Of a DNA stretch of 64,000 nt, positions 28,126-37,960 are shown in pieces (positions within the stretch are counted from its first letter, which is position 1; each line of letters begins with the position of its first letter). The notes under the pieces were generated by a model. The model was not told the origin of the DNA and ran no database searches. It was given only the letters and a program-made list of their open reading frames with translations. Source of the stretch: an uncultured Actinomycetes bacterium (GTDB taxonomy: Bacteria > Actinomycetota > Thermoleophilia > Gaiellales > Gaiellaceae); assembly GCA_963732465.1 (NCBI GenBank), contig CAVSZQ010000005.1, forward strand, positions 74,358-138,357. Reading direction: 5' to 3'. The position numbers and the translations under genes are program-made.

Positions 28126-29729
28126 TGGAGCTGGCGGTCATCAGGGATCTCGCTCGCGCGGCGCTCCAGAACCTCGAGGCGCACCGTCGGCGGATCGACG
28201 ACCTCAACGTCTATCCGGTGCCGGACGGGGACACTGGGACGAACCTCGTGCTCACGCTCCGCTCGATCGTGGAGGCGCTCGATGCGTCGACCGCGGAAGG
28301 GGGCGAGGCCGTCGCCAAGGATCTCTCTCGCGCGGCGCTCATGGGCGCGCGCGGCAACTCAGGCGTCATCTTTTCGCAGATCGTGCGCGGCTTCATGGAC
28401 GAGCTCGGTCGCTCCGACCACGTGATCTCGACTCCGCGCCTGCGGCGCGCGTTCCGCGGCGCGAGCGACGCCGCATACCGGGCGGTGAAGCGGCCCGTCG
28501 AGGGGACGATGCTGACGGTCATCCGGGAGATGGCCGAGGAGGCGGAGCGGAAGGAGAATCGCAAGGTCTCGCCGAGCGACCTGCTCGCCGCCGTGCTCGC
28601 ACGCGCGGAGGACGCGGTCTCGCGCACGCCCGAGATGCTCGACGTCCTCCGCGACGCTGGCGTCGTCGACGCCGGCGGCGCGGGTCTCGTCGAGATCACG
28701 CGCGGGCTCGCGCTCGCGATGGCCGGCGAGCCGATACCCGATGCGCCCGTCGAAGCGGAGTCGCTCGGTCTCGACGCGATCCACCAGGAGATCTCGCGCT
28801 ACCGCTACTGCACGGTGTTCCTGGTCGAAGGCGAGGATCTCGACGCGGGCGCGCTCGAGGCGGAGCTCGAACGGATCGGCGACTCGCTGCTCGTCGTGGG
28901 CGACGCGAGTGCGCTCAAGGTCCACGTGCACACCGACGAGCCCGGGACAGCGCTCTCCGTCGCGACCGCCGTCGGCGTCGTCGAGGGTGTCGAGATCGCG
29001 AACATGCACGTGCAGGCGGCGCAGCGCGAGGACCGCCTCCGGGAGGGCACGACGTCCGCTCTTCCCGCGCTCGCCACGCTCGAGACCGGGCTCGTCGCCA
29101 TCTGCCCCGGCCGGGGCAACCGCCGGCTGTTCGAGAGCTTCGGCGCGACCCGCGTCATCGAGGGCGGCCAGACCATGAACCCGTCAGCGTCTGACATCGT
29201 CGACGCGATCGAGGCCACGCCCGCCGACGAGGTCCTCGTGCTCCCCAACAACTCGAACGTGATCCTCACCGCCGAGCAGGCATCAGCTCTGAGCTCGAAG
29301 GCGGTGCGCGTGATTCCCACTCGCTCGGTGCAAGCCGGCCTGGCCGCGATCGGCCGCTACGTACCGACGAACTCGCCGCAGGAGAACGAGGAGGACATGC
29401 TCGAGGTGCTCGGGAGCATCGCGACCGGCGAGGTCACCGTCGCCTCGCGCGACGCCGAGCTCGACGGGGTGACGATCGCGAAGGGCGCGTACCTCGGCCT
29501 CGTGGACGACACCGCGGTGGTGTCGGGAGAGGACATCGCAGCCGTCACGCGCGACGTCGTCTCGCGTGTGCTCGACGGAGAGCGGGGCTGGCTCGGGATC
29601 CTCACGGGCGAAGGCGCGCCACCCGTCGACGACCTCCTCGCCGAGATCGAGCGCTCGTTCCCGGGTGTCGACGTCGAGGTGCACGAAGGCGGCCAGCCGC
29701 ACTACCCGCTGCTCCTGGTGGCGGAGTGA
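28125..29729 (+). CDS. DAK2/DhaL-domain fusion protein (YloV/FakA-like)
   Basis: NVYPVPDGDTGTNL Dak2 motif and full-length YloV-like architecture. ATG overlaps the asp23 stop. Confidence 0.9.
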   Translation: MELAVIRDLARAALQNLEAHRRRIDDLNVYPVPDGDTGTNLVLTLRSIVEALDASTAEGGEAVAKDLSRAALMGARGNSGVIFSQIVRGFMDELGRSDHVISTPRLRRAFRGASDAAYRAVKRPVEGTMLTVIREMAEEAERKENRKVSPSDLLAAVLARAEDAVSRTPEMLDVLRDAGVVDAGGAGLVEITRGLALAMAGEPIPDAPVEAESLGLDAIHQEISRYRYCTVFLVEGEDLDAGALEAELERIGDSLLVVGDASALKVHVHTDEPGTALSVATAVGVVEGVEIANMHVQAAQREDRLREGTTSALPALATLETGLVAICPGRGNRRLFESFGATRVIEGGQTMNPSASDIVDAIEATPADEVLVLPNNSNVILTAEQASALSSKAVRVIPTRSVQAGLAAIGRYVPTNSPQENEEDMLEVLGSIATGEVTVASRDAELDGVTIAKGAYLGLVDDTAVVSGEDIAAVTRDVVSRVLDGERGWLGILTGEGAPPVDDLLAEIERSFPGVDVEVHEGGQPHYPLLLVAE

Positions 29730-30109
29730 GCGCCGGTGACCCGGTCCGAGTGCTGCTCGTCGAGGACAACGACGTGTACCGCGAGTCGCTCGTCTTCATT
29801 CTCGGGCGCCAGGACGGGCTCGACGTCGTCGGCGCGGTCGCCGACGGGCGTTCGGCAGGCCCGAGCTGCGCGGAGCTCGACGCCGAGGTCGTCGTCCTCG
29901 ACTATCGGCTGCCGGATGTGGACGGGGCGGAGGCCGCCGAGGACATCCTCGAGCGCTGCCCCGAGGCGTCGATCGTGTTCCTGAGCGCGTCGGCCGGTCC
30001 CGACGAGCTGGATGCGGCACGGCGTGTCGGGGGAGCATTCGTGAGCAAGGACGAAGGAGTCGACGCTCTGGTCAACGCCGTTAGAGCAGCGGCAAGGAGG
30101 GCAGCGTGA
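29726..30109 (+). CDS. Stand-alone response-regulator receiver domain protein
   Basis: VRVLLVEDND..VVVLDYRLPDVDG..FLSAS..FVSKD: acidic pocket, phospho-acceptor Asp, Ser/Thr and Lys positions are all present. 4-nt overlaps with both neighbours. Confidence 0.85.
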   Translation: MSAGDPVRVLLVEDNDVYRESLVFILGRQDGLDVVGAVADGRSAGPSCAELDAEVVVLDYRLPDVDGAEAAEDILERCPEASIVFLSASAGPDELDAARRVGGAFVSKDEGVDALVNAVRAAARRAA

Positions 30110-30966
30110 ACCTCACGACCGAGAACACCGCAATCGTGCTCGACTCGACCTCGGACTATCCAGAGGCGCAGTCCCGATTCCCCAACATGCGCTTCGTCCC
30201 GCTGTACGTGCGCTTCGGCGACGACACGTACCGCGACTACGTCGAGCTCGGGCCGGCGGAGTTCTTCGAGAAGCTCCGCACGTCGCCCGTGCTCCCCGCG
30301 ACCGCGCAGCCGACGCCGCAGGACTTCCTCTCGACCTACGAGAGTCTCGCCGGGTACGAGCGCATCTACTCGCTCCACGTCTCCGCGAAAGTGTCGGGAA
30401 CCTTTCAGAGCGCCGAGCTCGCGGCTGCGGAGCTCGGCGACGATCGCGTGCGCGTCGTGGACTCGAAGACGGCGTCGCTCGCCATCGCGATGCTTGCGCA
30501 CGCGATCCAGCGGCGGCTGAGCCGCGGTACGACCGATGTCGAGATCGCGGCGCTGATCGAGCGCTTCCACCGCGATATCGGCGTGGTCTTCACCGTCGAG
30601 ACGCTCGAGTACCTCCAGCGCGGTGGCCGGATCGGCCGGGCGGCCGCGCTCGCGGGCTCGCTGCTCAACGTCAGGCCGATCCTCGGCATCCAGGACGGCG
30701 AGGTCGTCGCTGTCGCACGTGTCCGCGGGCGGCAGAAGGCGCTGGCGGAGTTCGAGCGGCGCTTCGCCGAAGCGACCGAGGACAAGCCGGGGCTTCGGAT
30801 CGCGATCGCCCATGCCGACGCGCCGGAATGGGTCGGCACGCTCTCCGAGCTCGTCTGGCGGGTTCGGCCGAAGGCCGAGATCGAGTTCACGGGCACGCTC
30901 GGCGCCGTGGTCGCCACGCACGCCGGCCCGGGCACGGTCGGCTTCTTCTGGCTCCACGACGACTGA
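30106..30966 (+). CDS. DegV-family (FakB-like) fatty-acid-binding protein
   Basis: Full-length DegV-like sequence (AIVLDSTSDYP..TAQPTP..SGTFQSA..GPGTVG). Confidence 0.9.
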   Translation: MNLTTENTAIVLDSTSDYPEAQSRFPNMRFVPLYVRFGDDTYRDYVELGPAEFFEKLRTSPVLPATAQPTPQDFLSTYESLAGYERIYSLHVSAKVSGTFQSAELAAAELGDDRVRVVDSKTASLAIAMLAHAIQRRLSRGTTDVEIAALIERFHRDIGVVFTVETLEYLQRGGRIGRAAALAGSLLNVRPILGIQDGEVVAVARVRGRQKALAEFERRFAEATEDKPGLRIAIAHADAPEWVGTLSELVWRVRPKAEIEFTGTLGAVVATHAGPGTVGFFWLHDD

Positions 30967-30987
30967 GCGGCCGCGGCGGGTCCGGCT

Positions 30988-32610
30988 CTAAAGGCCGGGA
31001 AGGGAAAGCAGCTTCAGCTCAGATGGCTCGAGCTTCGACAGCCGTTGCCGTACTCACGCGCGTCGGTTCGCAACGACGTCTCCGACGCCTCACTGAGCGC
31101 TACAAACAGCACTTCCGGATCGACGCCGCTTCGCGGTTCAACCACGAGCCAGTTATTCAGTGGGATCGCCCCAGCTCGATTGCGTACGAAGCGGGGACGC
31201 ATGCGGTTCAGATACGTAAATAGGATTGGCGCCTCGAAGTCCGCCTCGACCGCCCACCACGGCCGTCTCGCCTTCACGCGGAGCTTCACGAGGTGGCGCT
31301 CGTGAACGCCAAGCGCGTCGGCGCGCTGTAGGTAGCGTTCGAGTGGACCGCCGAGCCGGGCACGCGACGGATAGAGAAGCCACCGCGGTGCGCTCGCGGG
31401 CAGCGCCGCGAGCGTGTCGTTATCGATCTCTTCGCCGTCAAACCAACGCGGAGAACCTGCGCACGGCCGAAGACATGACCAGTTGAGACCGTGGAGCCGG
31501 CGATCCTCGTCGCTCAGCACAAAGAACTTGTTGCAGCCTGTGGCGGCCCCTCGCCGAACGCGGGCAACTTCTTGAAGAGTCGTTGCCTGCCGATTCCGGG
31601 TGCGCTTCACTGTCGACCACCTCTCTCTGGCCGAGAGCTGAATGTGCGTGGCCCCCGTGTCGGCTGAAAACGCATGCATGATGTCCTCGCGGCTGATCGA
31701 CGCGGCGTGAGCGAAGCGCGTGCGAGCGCGCCCGCTTCGTGTGGCACGCTTGCGGATCAGCGTCACGGCAGCGGTCGTGACGGCGTGCTCGAAGACGAGG
31801 TGGTGCGCCGGAAATTGGACGATCGCCTCGACTTGCGCACGCTCGAGCAAGAACATCTTGACGACGCGTCCGTAGTTCCTATCGAGCCAGTGTGCGGGTG
31901 TGATGAAGGCGAGCCGCGCATCCTCGGCCGAGATCTCGAGCGCACGAATCGAGGAAGAGCACGTGCAGCGACGCGAGCTGGCTGATTTGCAGGCCGAGGC
32001 GACGCTTGAAGCCTGCGTGAATGGCGAGTTTCTCCTCGCGGCTGAGCTCTTGGTGGCGCGTGAACGGCGGGTTGCAGATCACCGCATCGGGCCGTTCCTC
32101 TACGTCGTCCAACAGGAAGTTCCGGGCATGGAGCTCGAGCTCGGCAACTCCGCGAAGGGTCGCGTTCGCCGACGTCATGGTGATCGCGAGCGAGTGAACG
32201 TCGATCCCGACAAACGTGGTCGTCCCGGTGCGCTCGTGCGCGGCGGCCGCGAGGAGCGAGCCCGAGCCACACGCGGGGTCGAGAAGCAGCCGCGGCTCGT
32301 CCGCGAGCAGCCAGGCAGCCCTCGAGCGGCCAATGGACAGCGGGGTGAAGAACTGGCCGAGCGCCCGCCGGTCGCGCCCGTGGAGAACGCGCTCGTACGC
32401 GGCACCGATGACGTCGCGCCCATCCGTCCACGCCGGATCGCCCAGCCGGACGTCGAGCTCGCAAAGCACCGCGGCGAATGCGGCCCTAATGGCGCCCGGC
32501 TCGCGCGCGTCGGCGACGCGGCTGAAAACCCGCGCGACAAGCTGCTCGACAGCGACATCGGGACTCTCCATGAGCTCTGAATCTACGCCGCCGGGCGGAC
32601 GACTCGACAT
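30988..32610 (-). pseudogene. Gamma-class N6-adenine DNA methyltransferase (Eco57I/TaqI-like, with C-terminal target-recognition domain), two frameshifts
   Basis: Motif X GQFFTP, motif I LLDPACGSGSLL, motif IV NPPFTRH. The frame changes near 31948-31950 (LHVLFL | IRALEISAEDARLAFITPAHWLDRNYG) and near 31041-31043 (REYGNG | LSKLEPSELKLLSLPGL-stop at 30988). TRD motif RRGAATGCNKFFVL. Confidence 0.85.
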
Positions 32611-32648
32611 AGTTGTCCGTACGGGGCACCTGATATTGCCTCCGATCC

Positions 32649-32675
32649 TTGCATTGTACGAACTCTTGCTATAGT
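32649..32675 (+). promoter_or_regulatory. Candidate sigma70-type promoter for the RHH gene (TTGCAT-15 nt-TATAGT)
   Basis: Read directly in the AT-rich gap between the divergent MTase and RHH genes. A TACAAT-like -10 exists on the opposite strand (32654-32659). Confidence 0.35.
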
Positions 32676-32695
32676 TCACCCAGATAGCAGCTACT

Positions 32696-33720
32696 ATGCC
32701 GATCGTGACCGTAAACATAGAATCGAACACTCTATGAGGCCGTGGAGAGAGCCTTAACGCAGGGAAACTACAGCGACCTGCACCAGTTCGTCGTCGTGGC
32801 CGTCCGCAACCAGCTCGAGCTCGAGGCGTCCGTCGCTCTCGAGCAGCCGGTCGCTGCGGCTGTCTCTTCGATGCCTCCCGCCGCTACGACTGAAACGCCG
32901 CTGGCTTCGATCCCCCTCGAACTTCCGGCGATGCTGAAGGCTGTGCCGGCCGCGACTGCCGCCGAACTCCCCAAGCCCGTCCCTGTCGACGATGACTCCG
33001 ACGTCCTGTGGGGGCAGATCAACCGCGTCCTCCCGATTGCGGTTGGCGTCCGCGTGCTGGCTCACCTCAGCGCGGACAGGGCGAACGGCGTCTCGGTGGA
33101 GGAGTGGCACGAGACGGCTACGGCCGTGGCCGTCGCGCTGCGGCCGCACCTCAGAAAGCTCGACGAAGCAGCTGGCCGGCGACACGGGAGCCTTTGGTCG
33201 ACCGCGTTCCCGGACGACACGCCTGCGAGTGCGCACCGATACGTCAACCAGTTCCTTGGGCTCCCGAAAGGACGGGCCTCTCCGATGGCGGAGCCGCGTT
33301 CCTTGGCTTCATCGACGTTCGATCGAGGCGACACCGTCGCGACGTCTCACGATCAGCCGGCGCGGAGTGGGCGCGCGTTCGCGAACCCGCTCTTCGACGA
33401 CGGCGACTCGCCGACCCGAACGTTCAGCCTGGAGGAGACCGCGTTCTTCATCAACCACCTGGAGCATGTATCGGCCCGCCGAGCTGCATCTTGCTGAGGC
33501 GGATCGCAGCGCTCGTCGCGCAGGGCCGGTCGCGGACGCAGCTGGACGAAACGCTTGCTGCAGAGCACCCGCAATGGACGAAGTACATCGCGACGATGCG
33601 CGCTGGAGCGCTGGGACGGCTGTCCGACCTCGGGCTTGCTCGAGCGCACCCGGCGCGGCCTCGACCGTCGACTACTCACCTGACGGCGCTCGCTGCGGAG
33701 GTCGGGCTGCCTACCTGATC
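32696..33720 (+). pseudogene. Ribbon-helix-helix N-terminal domain protein with C-terminal winged-helix-like region, frame broken several times
   Basis: ATG 32696 gives MPIVTVNIESNTL-stop. The +1 frame continues YEAVERALTQGNYSDLHQFVVVAVRNQLELE (CopG/Arc-like RHH). The middle is ..DVLWGQINRVLPIAVGVRVLAHL... The tail ILLRRIAALVAQGRSRTQLDE..GALGRLSDLGL / LLERTRRG / STVDYS / LTALAAEVGLPT is spread over three frames. Confidence 0.6.
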
Positions 33721-33738
33721 GGTTGAAGTGGGTGCGGC

Positions 33739-34745
33739 GTGAATAGAGTCGCAGCGCCGACGCTCTCGAAGGATCAGCTGATCCTCGCGATGCTCGCCAG
33801 ACTTGGAGGCGATCGCCGGGAGATGAACGAACGCGACCTCTTTCTCGCGTGCTGGCACGCGTTTCCGAACGCAATGCGGTGGACGGACACGGCACTGCCG
33901 AACCCGGACACGTTCACCGCATCGCTGCGGCGACTCGATGCAGACGGGCTCATCGAACGGATCGGAAAGCAGGAGAGGACGCGTCGGAAGAGCCGCCGTC
34001 GCCAGGCGATCGACGTCGGCCGCTCCGGGAGTCGTGAAGGCGCGGATCGTCGAGGGTGGGCTTGAGAAGGCTGGCCTCACCGGAGGCCGACGTTGACCGG
34101 GTGCGCCGACTGCTACCGCCGCCCGACGCGTACCGGGCAGTTCCCGACGCTGCGCTGCTCGCCCTGTGGATCAAGGCGCGGCGGGACGAGCAACGCCACG
34201 TTGACGAGGGCGCGCTCGTCGAAACGGCTTTCCACAAGTTCCCGGCCGCCTTCGCATATCGCGAGCGCCCGGAGTTCCCGGACACGGCGCGGATCAAGAA
34301 CGGCGATGGCCGGCGCGCATCCGCGACGGGCTTGATCACGTGGGACTTGGAGCTGACTGCCGACAGGGCGCGACGAGATTGAGAGGCACAGCAACCTGAT
34401 CGAACTGCGGCTCGATGCCTCGGAGAGCCACAAGACCGGAGCATTCAAGCTCGCCGAGCGGATCGCGGCAACCGCCGGTTTCGAGCACTACCGCGCGACG
34501 GGGACGCTCACCGCAACCAAGGCCGACGAGCTCTTCCGCGCGCTGCGCGTCGCACCCGACAACGGACCCGAGACCAGTGGCGCAAGCCCTGATAGCGCGA
34601 TCGCGCGACCTTCGAAGGATCGATCGCGGCGATATCGCCGACTACCTGTTTCAGAGTGGCGGAGCACCACAATCCGGAAGTCACACGCTCTCGCGAAGGA
34701 CGACGCTACAAGCCGCAGCAACCGCTGCGCGGCGGGGAGGAGTGA
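33739..34745 (+). pseudogene. Hypothetical protein with an internally duplicated ~110-aa domain, frame broken several times
   Basis: Repeat 1 ..ERDLFLACWHAFPNAMRW..PNPDTFTASLRRLDADGLIERIG; repeat 2 ..EGALVETAFHKFPAAFAY..EFPDTARI..TGLITWDLELT; tail IERHSNLIELRLDASESHKTGAFKLAERIAAT... The pieces lie in ORFs 33739..34065, 34056..34382 and unlisted frame-1/frame-2 stretches. Confidence 0.5.
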
Positions 34746-34749
34746 ATCT

Positions 34750-36687
34750 GTGGCGATTTCTGAAGCCGAACCCGATCTCGAGTACGAGCCGCTTGAGTAC
34801 GACCCGCGCTACTACATCCAAAGCGCGAGGCCGAGCGTCTCGAGCGTCGGGCACATCATCGCCGAGCGTTCGAATACGAGGCGATCTCGCGGCGTGCGGC
34901 TCGCGACGGCACAGGTGACGCCGGCACGATCCGGATCATGTACGACCCGGACCCAATACTGGAGGTTCGCTGACAACGGCGTCGATGTCGGCGGACGAGA
35001 TGAGGGAGCGACTGAAGAAGGTCGGCGCCGCGGCACTGGAAGGCGCGAAGCGCGGCTTCTTCCATCGCGGCATCCAGCGACGTTTCATCCGATGGGGACG
35101 ATCACCGTCAGAGCCTCGGCTCCAGGATGGCGAACTCGTAGTAGTCGCCTCGTTCGACCACGCGCGGCATGGCCTTCATCAGCGCCACGTGAGGTGAACG
35201 ACGCGATCGTCATCGCTCGACTGAGCCACGGGACGGTCGTCACGTTCCCGCTGGCGGCTCGCGGCGCAGAAGCCGAAGCTGTTCAAGTTCGGCACACTCA
35301 AGTCGCAGATCGAGAATTGCGTGCAGGTTCGACCGGTTCTGGCGGATCGACGACCGGGAGATCCTGTTCGAGTATGGCGACAGCCCCGCGAAGCGGCTGC
35401 AGTTCAAGTATCCGAAGGGGGACGAGCTCATTCCGGTGAAGCACAGGTCACAGTGGCCGGGCACTCCGGCGACGTTCTGGGCCGAAGGCCGCCGACGAGC
35501 CGATCACTGGGTGGGTTCGGAAACAGCAAGCTCACGCGCCGCTACGGGCTCCTGATCCGCGGAGAACGGGCGGCGTACGAGGTCTAGCACCGGGGAGAAG
35601 CTGCACACTAACCCGGTGATGCAGCGCGTCTACGGCGAGCTGCGGCTCGACGAGATCGAGGCGCTGCAGCGCGAGGCTGACCGAGAGGCGAACGACGAGG
35701 CTCAGCTGATCTACAAGGCCGATCGGTCCGGCCTGAATGCGGATCACGAACTCGTCGAAGCCACATACGCCTTCATCGACGACGAGCTCGCCCCACTCGT
35801 CGCCGAGCTCGAGGCGAAGGCGGAGAAGAAGGAGATCACGCCGGACATGCGCCGGCAGCTGAACAAGCTCGCGCAGATCATCAACAGGGCGGTCGAGAGC
35901 GCACCGTTCGGTGGCATCGAGGATCCCGGCGGTACGACGACGCCGGAGCCCGGCGAAGGCCCGGATCGTTACTCCCCCGCCACCCAGCCGCCGAAGGCGC
36001 GCGAGGTCGACGACATGGAGTTCGCCTACGAGCTGATCTTCATCCACGCCGGCCAGTCGCGCACCGTCAAGCTCTACTTCAACACTGAGAAGATCCCGAC
36101 CGGGACGCCGATCGAACTCGTTTCGGAGCACGGACGAGATCGTCCGTGAGGTGAAGATAGCAAGCGAGGTGCCGCGCCCGAACGAGAACGCCGTCGCGTC
36201 CGTTGACGTGACGATCATCGCGCACACCGCCGAGGGTCGGCATGAAATCGAGGTTCGCTCCGGCGGCTACGCAGCAACGCTGCCGGTACACGTCCGGTTC
36301 CCGCGCGCGAGCGGGTTCATCAGCCAGATCGTTCTCGACGAGCGCGACTGGCCCTCGGGAAGCGCTTTGTACGATCCGGCTACAGGTCGCGTGACCGTCT
36401 TCATCGGTCGCCCTGAGTTTCGGAGCGCGGCGCTGCGCGCAAAGCGTGACGGCGCCAAGGAATCGATGAAGCACGCGCTCTACCGCGAGCTCGTCGTCGA
36501 GACGATTCGCGAGGCGGCGCTGCGGCCAGCGGCGCAGCGTAAGGCCGAGGTCGAATGGGACGACCTGCCCTACGAGGAACGTCAGGAGCGTGATGCGTTC
36601 CTGAACCTCGTGCTAACCGAGTATTACGAGCTCGACTACCAGCTTCGCGCTGCTCTTCTGGACGCGTTCCTGAATGTTGGTAGCTGA
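34750..36687 (+). pseudogene. GHKL-superfamily (MORC/Hsp90-like HATPase) ATPase of about 645 aa, at least eight frame disruptions
   Basis: GGAGG SD 9 nt before GTG 34750. N-box IIAERSN-EAISRR (frame 1 to frame 0 at 34876), G1 box ILEVR-DNGV-(G)MSADEM split over three frames at 34968-34985, then SHGTVVTFPL. Third-position GC follows each frame switch. The C-terminal half corresponds to ORFs 35616..36149 and 36151..36687. Confidence 0.7.
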
Positions 36688-36801
36688 CGACACCGTAGAC
36701 GCCGTGTCGGAGCGGACTGTCCCGATCGCGCCTCGGGTCCTCGCCGGGATTCTACGGCGACGTGAGGGCGAGACGACATCGTCGCGGCCGCTCCTGCTGG
36801 C

Positions 36802-37960
36802 TTGACGCTCGCGGATCTCGACGCGGATGTCACCGCATCGCTTCCGCCTGAGATCGTTCGTGTTCTTCGGCGTGCGGTCGCGGATCACGTGCGCCAACGA
36901 TGCCATCGCATCTCGAAACTCAAGCCGTTCACACAGATGCCGCGACGTCTGCGCCTGTCGGACCTCGACCTGTCGGTGCGCGCTTTCAACGCGATAAGTC
37001 GATTCCCGCGGCCGTGGCTTCATGACGCGACTATCGGCGTTCTCCTGGAGCCGCCAGGCCTCGGGGCCGGCGTCCTCGTCGAGGTCCTCGCCGCGTAGGC
37101 CGCCGCGAGAGTAAAGCTGTCGCGTCTGCCGATGCTTCGCCACGGAGCCGAAGGAGGCGGAACCTTCGGAGCCGGAGCGGAATGAGCGTCCGATTCCGCA
37201 GCGCGTTCTCGACATGCGCGCGCTCTACGAAATCGGCGCGAGCCTCGGCGAGGTCGCAGAGCGCTTCAGCGTGACCCGCGAGCGCGTTCGTCAGTTGTTC
37301 AACTCCCACGGGGTGCCGACGCGGTCGACAGCCGAGACCGCCGCGATGCGGCGCGAGCAGCTGGTGATCGCGCACCGGGATCAGATCTTCGGGATGATTG
37401 ACGCCGGCGTCGCTCCGAACGAAATCGCCGACCGTCTTGGCATCTCGCCGCAGCGTGTGCACGACGCACTCCACGACGATCCCGGTCGCCGCCGGCTCGC
37501 CGCCTTCCGCCGGACGGCGAAGACGAGACCGAAGCCGAAGTATTCGGACGAGGAAATCATCGAGTGCCTGCGCACTGCGAGCGTCGAACTCGGCGGCGTG
37601 CTGACTACGGCCGAGTACACGAACTACGCGCGCACAAGGCGGTTTCCTGACGGACGCCCGTGGCCGCTACATCAGACCCCGTTTCTCAGGTTCAGCAGCT
37701 GGCGCGCTGCGCTACAGCGCGCTGGGCTCGAGGCGAACCCGCCGTCCGCGATCGCCGGTCAGCGGCTGTTCACGCGCGAGCTCTGCATCGACGCGATCCT
37801 GGAGGTTGAGCGCGAAGTCGGCCATCCCCCAACCGCGGCGGAGTACGAGCGCGCGGCGGTCGCGAGCAACGGAATCCTCCCTAGCCTCGCGACGGTTCGG
37901 CACCGCTGCGGCGGTTGGCAGGAAGCCCTCGTCTCGGCGGCGCGGTCTAGCCAGTTCTGA
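36802..37960 (+). pseudogene. RNAP alpha-CTD-like + sigma70 region-4 HTH + second HTH + two homing-endonuclease-associated (HEAR) repeats; in-frame TAG plus a frameshift
   Basis: LSDLDLSVRAFNAISRF..TIGVLLEPPGLGAGVLVEVL (alpha-CTD-like); TAG at 37096; then the +1 frame reads ..ERNERPIPQRVLDMRALYEIGASLGEVAERFSVTRERVRQL (sigma r4), PNEIADRLGISPQRVHDAL, and two repeats ending FSSWRAALQRAGL / CGGWQEAL. Confidence 0.6.
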
